NCBI GenBank assembly: GCA_054661495.1
Contig: BAAFSQ010000091.1
Coordinates: 3,800 to 35,799 of the forward strand
DNA: 32,000 nt
Direction of reading: 5' to 3'
Origin: Zygophlyctis sp. KS116
Lineage: Eukaryota; Fungi; Chytridiomycota
In this document: in pieces, positions 1 through 12,465 of the stretch
Numbering within the stretch: position 1 is the first letter of the stretch
How the letters are laid out: each line of letters starts with the position of its first letter
Translations under genes and position numbers: made by a program
Notes under the pieces: generated by a model
What the model saw: the letters and a program-made list of their open reading frames with translations, nothing else
Databases searched by the model: none
Told to the model about the DNA's origin: nothing

Positions 1-90
1 AAAAGAACTTCGGGTCTTGTCTTTAGTGATTAGTCGGACAATGTTCCTCTTTTGTAGCCTGCAAGCAAAAGACAATCTTTGTGCTGACAT
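1..90 (-). CDS. 5' end of a gene running off the window; N-terminus resembles a mitochondrial targeting peptide
   Basis: ATG at 90, open to position 1: MSAQRLSFACRLQKRNIVRLITKDKTRSSF, Arg/Ser/Leu-rich with one acidic residue. Confidence 0.5.
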   Translation of the reverse strand, partial: MSAQRLSFACRLQKRNIVRLITKDKTRSSF

Positions 91-217
91 TTAAACTTGG
101 ACGGCAAACGCGAAAATTTAAACTCACTAAAACTGCAATTTGTAATAATAATAAATCCAATCACTCTATTTTGTCATTAAAAATAGTTAATCCATGCAGT
201 GTTTCATTAAATACCTC

Positions 218-1736
218 TTAAATTCCATTGATTGAAGGGTGGGAATGAAATGTATTTTGTCTTGCTAAAAATATTAAAATAAAAAAGTATTACCTTCCGG
301 TTTAAAAACTGGAGTCATCCTCTGAAATGTAAAATCAAAATTCTTATGATCCTTTGGTGACACCCCTTGAGCATGTCCTGCTGAACCTTCAGAGGGTCGA
401 GATCTAAATCGACGTATTGGTTTATCTAATTCATTATCAGTTTCAGAAGATGATGAGCCTGAAAAGTATTTAGGAATATCAAATTCTACTATAGCTCCTG
501 ATCTAGGACGACGAGTAGATGTATAATCATGAGTAGATGGATAATCAATTTGAAATTTAAAATCATCCAAATCATCTTCATGAATAATCTTTTTACGGGA
601 TTTTTCCAAAGGATCAGATGTAAAATCCACATCTAAAATAAGTTTACAAAGTAATTACAAGGAGTTTTAGGAGTTTTAGGAGAGGAAATTGGAGATCCTC
701 TTATTCTCGTCTGATCCAAATCATCACCCTTGTGTAAAGATCTATCCAAATCATCACCCTTGTGTAAAGATCTATCCAATTCATCACCCTTGTGTAAAGA
801 TCTATCCAAATCAGCACCCTTGTGTAAAGATCTATCCAAATCATCACCATTGTAAGGAGATCTATTCAAATCAGCACCCTTGTGGAGAGATCTATCCAAA
901 TCATCACCCTTGTGTAAAGATCTATCCAAATCAGCACCCTTGTGGAGAGATCTATCCAATTCATCACCCTTGTGTAAAGATTTGTCCAAATCAGCACCAT
1001 TGTAAGGAGATCTATCCAAGTCATCACCCTTGTGGAGAGATTTGTCCAAGTCATCACCCTTGTGGAGAGAACGATCCAAATCATCCATAGAGTAAACCTT
1101 ATCTTCAAATTCAAGCGCTGGATATTTTATATGATCCACAAAACCACTATCCTCCACATCACCCATAAAATCATTCCAAGCACTACTTTTTGGACCTTTT
1201 TGAGCCTTTTGTGATTTATCAGGTTGCGGACATGAGAATCTTAAGCTTGCAGATGGCTGTAGAGAAGCAAGTACTTTAGTCATTTTGCCTGAAAATTCAG
1301 ACGATCCAAGGAATTCACTTTGACATAATGCTCTAACCAACAATTCTTCCTTTGTAAACGGAGGAGTCATTTTCAGTCCAGTATCAAACAGCATGTATGC
1401 AATTCTACCCTGTGACATTGGATCAAAAACGTATTGGACAAGTTGATCAATTTTAGCATTAAGATCATTCAAATGATGAGCTTTTGAATCAAAGTCAAGT
1501 ATGCCAAATACATCGGTAGGAGATTCAGAGCTTAAAGAATCATTATCACTATAATCTTCCATTGATTTTCCCTCTGGAATAATCGGAAGAGTTGGATTGA
1601 ACCTAAAACCGGCTTTCCTGACATGTCTAGTCTTTCTAGCAGTTGGACTTCTTTTCAAAAGACCCAACGTTTCAGGGCCTGGAAGAATGCCGGTGCATGA
1701 AACCATTGAGATTAAAAGCAAGATCAAGAGCGGCAT
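218..1736 (-). CDS. Predicted secreted protein with DDLDRSLHKG decapeptide repeats (3 exons)
   Basis: Hydrophobic N-terminus MPLLILLLISMVSC. GT-AG introns at 633-658 (26 nt) and 265-293 (29 nt) join ORFs 633..1736 and 274..630 and a last exon ending in TAA at 218-220. Confidence 0.75.
712..1087. repeat. Coding minisatellite, 30-bp unit, about 12.5 copies
   Basis: Unit tcatcacccttgtgtaaagatctatccaaa repeated contiguously with point variants and no spacers. Confidence 0.97.
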
Positions 1737-1758
1737 TGTAAATCAGTTGATTTTAACC

Positions 1759-1875
1759 TTGACGTCAATACCGCAAATGCCAAACTTTAATCTACAAATT
1801 TTATCGTTAAAGAGGCTTGTTGACTCATAAGCGGATCATGTGACATCACGTCAAGAGTCATAGAAATGACGTGAT
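1759..1875. promoter_or_regulatory. Cluster of bZIP/bHLH-type sites upstream of the repeat-protein gene
   Basis: TTGACGTCAA palindrome 1759-1768, TGACTCA 1821-1827, TCATGTGA 1836-1843, inverted pair ATCACGTCA 1845-1853 / TGACGTGAT 1867-1875. Confidence 0.5.
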
Positions 1876-1946
1876 CTGCAGTCAATCCATAGCTTATCAG
1901 TTAAAATTTTATTTCTTTAAACCGCCCATATGATTTAAAAAAATAT

Positions 1947-3626
1947 CTAGAAAAGAGAATTCCAATCATCGTTTTCAGAAACACTCCATCCTCTTCCACT
2001 AGGATCAAGTATAACTTGTTTTGCATCAATTCCATTCAGACATGGATCACAAAGAATACTTGAAACTTGACATTGGCTTCTATGTGGACCACATCCTTGA
2101 CAAACAAGTCGTTGACAATTTTGACAAACATACTATAATTTAAATTTTTAAAAATTACTTTCCAATTAAATAGATCAAACTGAAATTTACAAAGTGAACA
2201 ATATTTTGTGCATTCTTCTTCAGAAACTAGTAGAGCACTCATTCGATTTACAGTAAAGACAATTTGTTCTCTGGTAATATTGAATGGAATCAGAGATGAT
2301 GAATGCCTTAAAAGTTGACAATCTTGTGTTTGAGATTTTTGAGCTACAACAAATCCTTTTTCTCTTTGAAGTTTTACAAAACATGGATCACAACACCTTA
2401 CAGGTTCAGATTTCCCTGGAATATAAAATCCATTTGTTGAACATTCTAAACATACTAAAACACCACATGCCCTATCTTGTAAACTTTAGTAACTCACCGA
2501 CAATGATGTTTCCTATTATACCATGAAAATTTAGAATCACAAACCATACAAACAAGAGAAAAATTATCTGGAATCCATACTGGTGCTAAATACTGAATTG
2601 AATCATTTAAATTTCCTATTCTTTGAATCCAATCCAAATATTCTTTCTGTGTCTCTTTAAAAGAATTGATCCAAGACTCTTTTTCTAGACTAGAATCTAT
2701 AAATTTAAAAAAATCTAAAAAAATACCAACAAATGCAATAAATGACTTTTCCGGACAAGAAACAGAAAATGCATTCACGTACACTAGGTTTTAGCAAATT
2801 TTTCAAGTACAAGGTTTTAAATCTGGAATTGAAGTCAATTGACAATTTTCTAATGAAATTTCTCGATGAAATACAATCTGATCTCCAATCCCAAGACTAG
2901 TAAAATTAAACCAAACTTTTTACAAGTTTACCTTGCATAAATCAAGACATCATTCAATAGAATTAAAATCCTAGTACTAGCTTGACTCAAACCTTGTCTA
3001 GTATTCCTCTTCCAAACTTTGCCAAATTTTACAAAGTATCGCCCTTGTTTAACTAATTTTTGAATTTTGTAAAAATTACTTAGAGATCCTGGGTACCCTA
3101 GAATTCTAGATTCTAAATTTACCCATTTCCAATATAATTCCCGTTCTTGTATTTTTACATTTATATATGTTGCCACATTTAACACCTTTTCTAGTACTAA
3201 TTTTGCTTGAGAATTATTTTTAGAGATTTTTTCAAAGAATAGTTTCAACTGTGGTAATCTTTGAATTGGTTTTAATAAATCCAATTGTAAATCTAGTAGA
3301 GAAATTTCTCTAGAAATACAACTTTTAGCTAATTTATCTAGAGCATTTGAGTAATTTAAAATATAAATAGAATAAATTCTATAGTAATCAATAAATTCCA
3401 TAAATGTTTCTAGTACAGTTTTACTGTTGGAATCTATTATTAGCAACATATTCTGAGATAATTCCATAATTTCTAGTATATTTGATACAATACAAGAAGG
3501 ATTTTTAAAATATTTTGAGATTATAGGAATCCAAGACTCTAATTAGAGAAAATAAATTACATTTTGGAAGTTTTGGAGACTCTTTAGATAGTTTCTTTCA
3601 GACTTTAATAATTCCTGAATTGACAT
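1947..3626 (-). CDS. FGD-like RhoGEF: DH-PH-FYVE plus a second degenerate FYVE-like zinc finger
   Basis: DH motifs ELLKSERNYLKSL and LLKPIQRLPQ; PH region; WIPD...CMVC...RKHHCRACG...C..C...RCCDPC; second Cys cluster CSLC..CQNC..CQGC..CDPC. Six short introns (e.g. 3537-3560, 3053-3079, 2897-2931). Confidence 0.85.
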
Positions 3627-3718
3627 TTTTACTATTGTTCTTCTTGTTTCTGATCTTGTTTTTAGTAATACTTTTCTTGAATAGATCTAATGCAACTTAA
3701 TACAGAGTAGAGAAATAA

Positions 3719-6344
3719 ATGAGCTTTGCATCTCCGACTTCATCGTCCAGAGTCCCTCCATTGCTCTTGTTTGTGATTGATTTGAGATGTAATCCAGAGA
3801 GAATATATTATTCTGTTCTATCTACACTCTTGTACTATTACTTTCATATAGATAATCGGTTAACTTGGTCTTGGCAACTGTTTAACGATGGACATGGGAT
3901 TATCCCTCAAAAGATTCCTCTAGAACTCAATACTCAGTCTTTATTAATGTTTTTTCAAAATGTATCAATGTCTTGTAGTAAAAGTGGAGAATGTTTGGTT
4001 AATGCATTGACTCGTGCTGTTTTGGACTTGAAATGGGATTGGAATTCTACAACTGCTAGGAATTGTGGTGTTGTATTATCTCCTCCACAATTAGAAAAAC
4101 AAAAGACTAAATTGGACTATAAAATTAGAAATTATGTTTTTTTAGTTTCGGATTTTACAGAATTCGAATGTTTACAAGTATTTAAAGACATTCTTTTAGA
4201 GAAAAATGGGGTTTTACCTCTTTTAAGAATTGCTTTAATAGAAAAAAGGACTTGTCTTTCAGTAATAGATACTGGGAATGGGATTTCTAGTATTGAAAAT
4301 GTTGAAAATAGTAAAATTAGTCTAAAGAATGCTGTAAGAATATAATAATTAAAGAAAAAGGAAAATATTAGTCTACAAAATATACTCAGACTAACAGGAG
4401 GTGCGTATATTTTACTCTTTCAGATTACGAAAAATTTTAGTCTTTTGCCTTCTTGGATGATTTTTAGACTATTTAGAGGAAAAGTAGGTTCTAGAAAATC
4501 TATAAAGGATGATGGGATTATAAATACTCAAATGGTGGATTATGGAAAGAAATTGGCGTCAATTGAAAAATTAGGTTTTTTACGATTTTTCTCAATATTA
4601 GATATCTATGCTCTTCCAAAAAGTATTATAGACTCTTTTAAGAATTCAATCTCTTACTCAGAATTAGATTTAGGGTTTATAGGAGGCTTACAGTTTGTGG
4701 TTAGGTTAGATGGAATTCAAGAGTCTAGTTATAGTTCAGACTGGATAGACTCTTCCTTGTCTCCTTTTTTAATTTCAAAAAAACAATTTGACTCTCATAC
4801 ACCGGCATTGATTGAATGTAGGCTCTTGGATGGAGTTTCTAGGTTGGCTATTGTGTCCGAATTATGTTACAATGGGTGTTTAATGGTTTTTTTGCAAAAG
4901 GAAATATCATGGCCTTTTCCTACTGTAAAAAAAGGTTTTTCTGATTTTTTTAATGTTTAGAACATTTTGATTTTGATTCTTTTTCTTTAAAGGACTGGTT
5001 GGACAAGATTAGTCAAAATGGACTTTCTGATCTGCTTTTTTCAGGAAATGATTTGGACAATGTTGATTTAGATTTGATAAAATCTACAACTTTTGGATTT
5101 TGGAAGCCATGGATAAAGGAGACTGTCAAAGAAGAAAGTTTGGAGAATATTTTTGATGCAAACGAAAAGCAAGTCAAGTTGATGAAGGAGCCTTTGAAAA
5201 ATATCCCACATTTAAAGGATCTGGGTAGTATTGATGAGACTCTACAGTTTATGTCACGGTCATATGCTGAATTTTTATATTCAAGACAAGTAAAGTTGTT
5301 TTTTGATAATTTTAGGAGAAAATCGATTTCTTTTTATCAAATACGTTGCCAATTGTTTACAATTCTATTAGTTTATTAGTAGGAGATGATGATCCGGTAT
5401 CACAAATCATATTTACTTTTTAGGTTAATCTGATTGTAAGTCATATTGCTTCCTCTCTTTTACATGATACTTGTATGATTGACTGGAGAGGAGACTTCCT
5501 GTCGGCTGTAGGAACGGATGAATCTAATAATCATGCGCATTTTATAAGGGATTTTGAGAGACCAGTTTGTGATAAATGGATACTGGATAATAAGAGATAT
5601 ATTTCTGATAAGAGTAAATGGAAAGAACTCGTTCATGGTATCAAAATTAAAAGGTAGGCTTATTTTACAGATTTACAATAGTGCACAGCTTCAAATTATT
5701 TTATTACTTGAATGCGTCCGATTACATGTAGAAACAGAATACCCACTTCCACCATTATATTTTCAAGAATCACTAAAAAGGAAGAAGTCAAGACGAAAAT
5801 CTAAAATAACAAACAGTGCAGAGCCTTACAAAAAGCTCATTATTGAATATATAGACCGAATGTCGATCTGGAATGCACTTCAAGTTTCCTCTGCTAATAC
5901 CAATATGTATTCGTGCTTCATTGAGCCTGTGATCCAGAATTAGTAAGTGAAATTCATTTAATATTTCTTAGTTATGAATCTAGTATTCCAGATATTGTAT
6001 CCAATATAAGCACTAAATTCGCCTCTGAAAATCAGCAGGCTTCTAAAGTGATTGAATCTCCCGTATTTAAGCGAAAGCGAATTCTCGTAACAAGAAAGGA
6101 AGTGGAAGATGTTCATCAGCCTCTCCGTCCTAAAAATCTGTACTCTGAATTATCAAAGAAGGCAATACCTTTGCGAAAGGGACACAAGTCAAGGCGTGAT
6201 CCTGTCCCTGCGAAGGGACTTTCAGAGAGCGATCGGCAAATGATCAAGATTTTTGATACGAAAATCCCTGAAAGAATCCTTGTACTTGCAACTCCTCAAA
6301 AGAAAATGAAGAAATGTGATCCGATCGTCTTCAAAAGTGGGTAA
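3719..6344 (+). CDS. TICRR: Treslin/TICRR-Sld3 family replication-initiation factor
   Basis: N-terminus resembles Treslin_N (LFVID...LLYY...WSWQLFN; ALTRAVLDLKWD; NYVFLVS). Sld3 core KIKSAQLQIILLLE, IDRMSIW, FIEPVIQNYYESSIP. CDK-type sites ESPVFK and ATPQKK. Six introns of 26-29 nt. Confidence 0.75.
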
Positions 6345-6521
6345 ATAGTCCTACTTTAACCATAAAATAAATAATATCGAAGATGGACCACGAATTCTTT
6401 AATCATACGTGTATCACTTATAGCCCCTGTGAGGAAGATAGAAAATAAAAAATCAGTAGCTTAGTACGAGAAAATTGTTTGAAACATTGAAAAGAACCGA
6501 ATGTCCGAAACCTGAATTTTC

Positions 6522-6528
6522 TTTCGCG
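6522..6528 (+). promoter_or_regulatory. SCB/E2F-like element TTTCGCG just upstream of ORC6
   Basis: Reverse complement CGCGAAA matches the SCB consensus CRCGAAA; ends 4 nt before the ATG. Confidence 0.4.
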
Positions 6529-6532
6529 ATTA

Positions 6533-7385
6533 ATGAGTTCTGCTATTCAAGATTGGCTAAAGAAGCTGCAGTTTCCTGCGCCCAAAAATATATATGACAG
6601 AGCAATATCCTATTATGATGCATCATTTACCTATAATAATTCAACTGCATTACCCTTAATTTGCATACATTTGGCATGCAATGTTTATAATTGTAACGCT
6701 CCAGTTTCTGAAATTATGAAAAACATTACCGTTGCACCTGATACATATGTTCAAAAATATCGAGAAGTCTCTCAACGCCTCAAAATTGCAATGCCAGTGA
6801 TTGTATTTCTAAAACTTGATTTAACTTGTAGAGTCTGGAAGAATTAGGAGTCTTAAATGGCTGTCAAGCTATAGTTTCTTATGCTAATGATTTAAAGTCA
6901 CTGTATAAAATTAAATGCAAGGAATGTCTTAATCCTGTTTCTTTCGGACAGACAGACTTTGATTCATTGGAGATGAATGTTGCAATTTTCAAAACTGTAT
7001 CTAAAGCTCTAAAGGTAAGTTATATATGTGATAATTTATAGACCAAATTAACTCCCCAGCCTTTCCATTCAATCCTCTCTTTAGTACATTCAAAAACGAT
7101 AAAAAAGCTACTTTCGGACATGACTAAAAAATGTGAAGCAGAGTTGAATGACTTTGCAGTAAAGTTTAAGAAAACACCACTAAAGGATAAAACTAGAAAT
7201 TTAAAAGATGATGATGCTGTAAATGTTATTGGTGTAGATACCAAAAAGCAAAAACTATATTCTGGTTTTTATAAATTGGTAATTTAACAATGAATAACAT
7301 TTAGAAACAAGATCAAAACATATTTGAATCTTTACAGTATAAACAATACAAGATGTGGAAAGAGAATATTTTGGCTCAAGTTTAA
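6533..7385 (+). CDS. ORC6: Origin recognition complex subunit 6
   Basis: TFIIB-like helices (LPLICIHLAC; LEELGVLNGC) and the conserved C-terminal motif YKMWKENIL. Introns 6803-6831, 7015-7041, 7279-7304. Confidence 0.8.
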
Positions 7386-7414
7386 GTGTCGGAATTATTA
7401 TTTTTTAAATTTAA

Positions 7415-8429
7415 ATGTATACGCTTCTTTCCGTTGATTGGGATACAAAGTCTGAAGAGTTGAGATGGACAATGGACAAAATGGGCATAAAATATCTTGA
7501 GATTCCTTCACTCCCGCGACTGACTCTAGAATATTCAGTTTTCCCGATATTGATAAAAGATGATCAAGTTTATACCGATACTAGTAAAGCAACTGTATTT
7601 TTATACGCATCAAACTTATTTTCATGTCCATGGAGAAGCTATGCTTACCCGGAAGCTATAGACTTGCAAGAGTATTTTGATAATGTGCTGTTTAACGCCG
7701 GGAAGGGAATTTTTTATGATGTAGTGCTCTCGGACACGAGATTGTTTAGAAAATTCATTACAAATGCTGGACATTTTGAATCAGATCGTATACTCTGTAA
7801 TGCATTCTGGCCAATCATTTATCTATATTTTATCTTGAAAACAATGCGTTTTGATAAAAATCAAGCAATAAGTGATGCAACAGAAGCATTTACAAAGGCT
7901 GAAAGATGTCTTGCAAAATCATCCTTTTTATGTGGTCCTCAAATATCAGCAGCCGATATTTCTTTTGTGTCTCATGCCATGATGCTCGTGTGGCCTACGG
8001 CTGATGATGTTTGGGCTGAAAATTGTTCTTTGGAAATGCCATCGTTGAAGCAAATACCAATGGAATGGAAAACAGTAATTCAGAAATTTAGAAAAACAAA
8101 AGCTGGGATATGGGCAATCAAGTGTACTATTGTTTAATCATTTTAATTTCTTAGGCATGTCCGAAAGAAGTCATGGAAGTAAAAGTCTGCCTTCAAAATA
8201 TTCAGCTTCAAACTACCCTGCTTGGGCTAGATCAAATTTCATAAGGAAATATTCTCAATGGTTTACGCATTGTATATTACTTATATCAATTATACCGTTT
8301 GTAATTCTATCCTTTTTTGATGCATTAATGATAAATGTAATCATAGCAAGTGCATTTGCCGGGCCAGTTCTATTTTCAATCATGAGAAGGAGAAAATGGG
8401 TTCAAAATTTACAAAATTTAAAGATTTAA
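7415..8429 (+). CDS. Glutathione S-transferase-like protein with C-terminal transmembrane segments
   Basis: SEELRWTMDKMGIKY; FLCGPQISAADISF (GST C-terminal N-capping motif); one 31-nt intron 8124-8154; hydrophobic C-terminus. Confidence 0.65.
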
Positions 8430-8435
8430 GTATAT

Positions 8436-11400
8436 TCACAATAAGAATTTCAAGTCCAAAAGAGATTTACGTGAAAGGTTAACAGATCCATAATATTTTC
8501 TGATCAGTCGAATTAAAAGATCACAAAAATACACAATTATTCCTGATTTAATGGCGCTATTCAAGGCTATATCAAAAAGTCCAAAGAGCGTAATATAGAG
8601 TACTAAGAGATGCCATTCTAGCCCATAAAGCAATAAGCTTTTAAATCCAGTTTCATCCCCAAAAAATACGAGGCCCTGAGACATGTCCGGATTAGCTCCC
8701 CAAACTTTTTCAAAATACGTTTTTTCCTTTATAACATAAAGAAATTCCTTTAAATTCTAATAAATAAGTAATGGTACACCATACCTTTTCCAGCATTGAG
8801 CACAAGAATTTATTAATCGTCTGATAAGCTTTAATGCTGCTTTCAGATGCAGCTTGAGTGGCATTTAGCGATTTCGAAGACCTTCGTAACATATTTAAAT
8901 TTCTTGGAGTTTGCTATTTATAAGTAAATACAAAAGATACCAAAGTTTTCACAGCTGAATAAATCTTATCAAAGGTACTTCTGAAGGCTGATGTGGTGTA
9001 AATCTCAAAGCCTTGTTGTGTTGTATCCAACAGTCCACGCTTGGGAACAAGATCTTCCTATGCATATAAGTTATTCAATTAAACCTCTTCCTTTTTTAAA
9101 TGATGATTTAATTCGTCCATATTTACATCTGCACATCCATGCACTGATCTTCCATGAATATAATATCCATGACATGCTTCATCAAACACCAAAACACTTA
9201 TATTTGCTAGAGAAACTAAATCCACAAATTGCAAGAGACTATTTCTATATAAGCGATCAGTAATTATGGTTTTGAAGATGAGCTATTTAGTTAATTGAGC
9301 ACTTATTGTACCTGAATGAATAAAATAAAGATCCAAACCAAACTATTAACAGCAAACAGAAGGATGGGGTTCAATTCTACAGATCCAAGGTTATAAATGG
9401 AAGTCTGAGTGCTTGCTGCATATCTCCATTTAAGCCCATCTAGACAAGCAATAACACAAATAATTGTCAATTCAATGCTTAATCTTCTCTTAGTCTAAAC
9501 CATTGAATATCTAAATTTCCTCACCTGCAGAGCATTCCATTGATTAGCCATAAATATGCTTCGCCAGACACTTACGGAAGCTTGTGTCGGCTTTTCATTT
9601 TGAGATGAAACTAGTTTTCCCTTTGAACGCTCCCAGTCAATTACGAAAATATCAATAGATGATTGTTTCATTATTGTACTACCGATATGAATAATCTAAA
9701 ATATTATTTTTAAAAAAGTTACTTGGCATCCGATTATCACAAATAATGCGAGCTGCAGTACTTGTAGCTGATCTGGTGCGTTTGGAATTACCAAGTATAA
9801 AACTTTTTGTGCCTTATAAAATATAAACCAATACATGGTGGCAGCAAATGTCAGCCAGTAAATTGCTATCCCGACGATACCAGTTAAATAGAGAATTATA
9901 CGACCCAAAAACTACCGATCAATCCCGACAGAATATATACCTTGAGATCGGCCGAATCTCTCACACCTAAATTACGCTGCCCATACATTCTAGCCTGATT
10001 AAACGCAAGAAGAAGGCCAAGTACACAAATGACCACAAAAATGATCTTAAGATCAAACCAAAATTCAGATATGGCCATTGAATAAGTCATTTGGAATGCA
10101 AACTAACCATTAATTTTGATTATTTATGTACTTTTGGACTAGAGTAAATTGTAGAATCCGTTGATGAGATGGCTGCTGTCTCACGTTCGGTATACTCAAT
10201 ATCCATAATTGGGACAAAGATTTTCCCAGTCCCAGATTCACTTACTGTCACCCTTTAACTATTAATAGATTTATAGCGTACCAAAAACTTATCTTACTTG
10301 GAATTCGAAATGCTTCCAATTTGTTGACCCGTCTTCCACTCAAGACATCAAAGGTAAAAAATCGACGAAATAGCTGATTATTGGAATAATCATACGGATT
10401 TGAATTATCGTTTACTTTTCCTCCTTCAGTTGATCTGTAATTTTTTACACGCACAGGGACATCATACAGAGCCCCCGTAGAGTCAACAATATCTTTTCTG
10501 TTTAATGGCTCGAAAAAACTTACAAATATCATAAAAATACATTGTCGATGAATCTGACTGTAGAAAATTAGCCATATTAATCGAACACGATAATTGATAA
10601 TCCACACCTGCAGATCTCCAACTATCCTTTAATTCCAAATCACCATCACAAAACTTAATTTAGCAGCATCTTTAGTACCTGTAAATCAGTAGTTAAATTT
10701 TGAAGTCCAAGAAAACTGCCTTGGAAATCATAAACTGCAAGTACAAATGGCAATTTAGAAAAAAACGATCCTGGAGTTACATCTAGAGCTAAATTTGGCA
10801 CTTTAGCAGCAATAGTCTGTGCATTTTCCCTAGAGAGCAAACCATAATAAAGCCATGGCATATTCGAAGGCCTAACTAATTACCAAACCATCAATACCTA
10901 TCATAGAGCGACGCTGATAGGAGTGGTCTATTTTTTGCTATATTTATGTATGCACTACAAGCCACAGAACTCTTATCATACATTTGTAAAACACAAAGAT
11001 TGCCCAATTGCTGACAAAATGTAATATTATTTGCTTGACATTCTACAATTGCAGTATAAACATTCTCTGAAAAAATATCAGAATCAAAAGTAGATGTTGT
11101 ACTTGCTCCAGTCGATGAAACCAAATCCAAATACTTAACTTTGAATGGATTTGTAGGATATTGGCTCTGAGCAGCAGTGAAAGATGGTCCATCTAAACAA
11201 ATATTACTATGCTAGCTGTTTTAAATGATAATTGATTCTTACTAAAATAGCATCCAATCCACCCCCAGTAACACATTGACAGGAATAAACTCCTCCTGAT
11301 TCTATTGCAAAGGTATTCGACTGATCCGGACATGTCAGACAAGTATATCCATCCTTGCTCGGATAAGAATTTATCGGACATGCTACACAAGTCCCAGTAC

Positions 11401-11814
11401 TTAGTGCATTGCCTGTAGAATTTCTATCCTCTATCATTAACCATTAATAACTTACGAAATATTTCCCCTTTACTACAAGCACAAACTGTACCAAAAGAAG
11501 TTATCGTTGTATTTCCCGGACATCCTAAACAAAATGTTCTATCAATGGATGAAACCTATATTTTCAGACATGATTATTACTTTCCCCAAAGGACATGGAA
11601 TGCAATCACTGCCACTTTTAATATATCCACTTGCGCATTTACACGTATTGGTATTTGGTATTGCGTTTGCTGGACAATCAGAGCAAGACATGCTAGTTAA
11701 ATCATAGTATTTAGTTACGCAATCTATGAGTTTGGGTTTTGAGAGGAACATATTAGTCGATGCATGAATGGTTGTTAATACTGTTATTAAACAATAGAGA
11801 TAATAGAGCATCAT
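8436..11814 (-). CDS. TMEM67: Meckelin (ciliary transition-zone protein)
   Basis: Signal peptide, Cys-rich ectodomain, CQQLGNLCVLQMYD, MPWLYY, LFRRFFTFD, IFVIDWERSKG, VSVWRSIFMANQWNALQ, GYYIHGRSVHG; about 15 introns of 25-31 nt. Confidence 0.93.
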
Positions 11815-11836
11815 TTTCTCCTTTGCGCGTTGAAAA

Positions 11837-12372
11837 ATGGAATTTGCGTTTCCACCAGGATTCGGAAACAAGACTCTACCATTGGTATTTTCCCTAGATC
11901 ATGTATTAATCAATAGAAAAATCAAGAATTAGATCAATCAGCAACTACTCAACTTAAACTAAAAAAGGCCTGGGATGTTGCACTTGGTGGAATCAAATCT
12001 ATTCCAATGAATGCCTTTATGTTGTGGATGTCTGGTAACTCTGTACAAATCTTTTCAATACTGATTACATCAATGCTACTATATAATCCAATCAAGAGTA
12101 TTCTTCAAGTAAATGAACTATTTGATAAATTTGAAGATGAAGATTCAAAGACTGTAGATTTATCTACTGATAATGGAATGAGTACTTTATTAGGAATGTC
12201 TAATCCTTTTTTACTACCAAAGATTGCATTTGTAGCAGTACAATTTCTATCTTTAGGATTGGGAATTTGGAAATGTGGATCCATGGGACTTTTACCCACT
12301 TCTGCATCTGATTGGTTAGCTTTTATGGAACCTAAAGTGCCACTAGAATTTAGTTTTGGTGCTTTACAATAA
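11837..12372 (+). CDS. EMC4: ER membrane protein complex subunit 4
   Basis: LKKAWDVALGGIKSIPMNAFMLWMSGNSVQIFSI and KCGSMGLLPTSASDWLAF; intron 11885-11916. Confidence 0.93.
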
Positions 12373-12465
12373 AAGTCTGGAGAAATCATCACTGACGGAT
12401 ATAGTATCATTAGTAATGACAAATCTCCATAAATCTCAAATCAATCTTGAAAAACTAAAAATTGT

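Noticed and set aside
712-1087. CRISPR-like 30-bp periodic array
   Set aside because: Units are contiguous with no unique spacers, they are in frame within a protein, and the context is eukaryotic with no cas genes.
689-1214. ORFs 689..1090, 866..1114 and 1032..1214 as separate genes
   Set aside because: They are shadow frames of the stop-poor minisatellite in the minus-strand gene.
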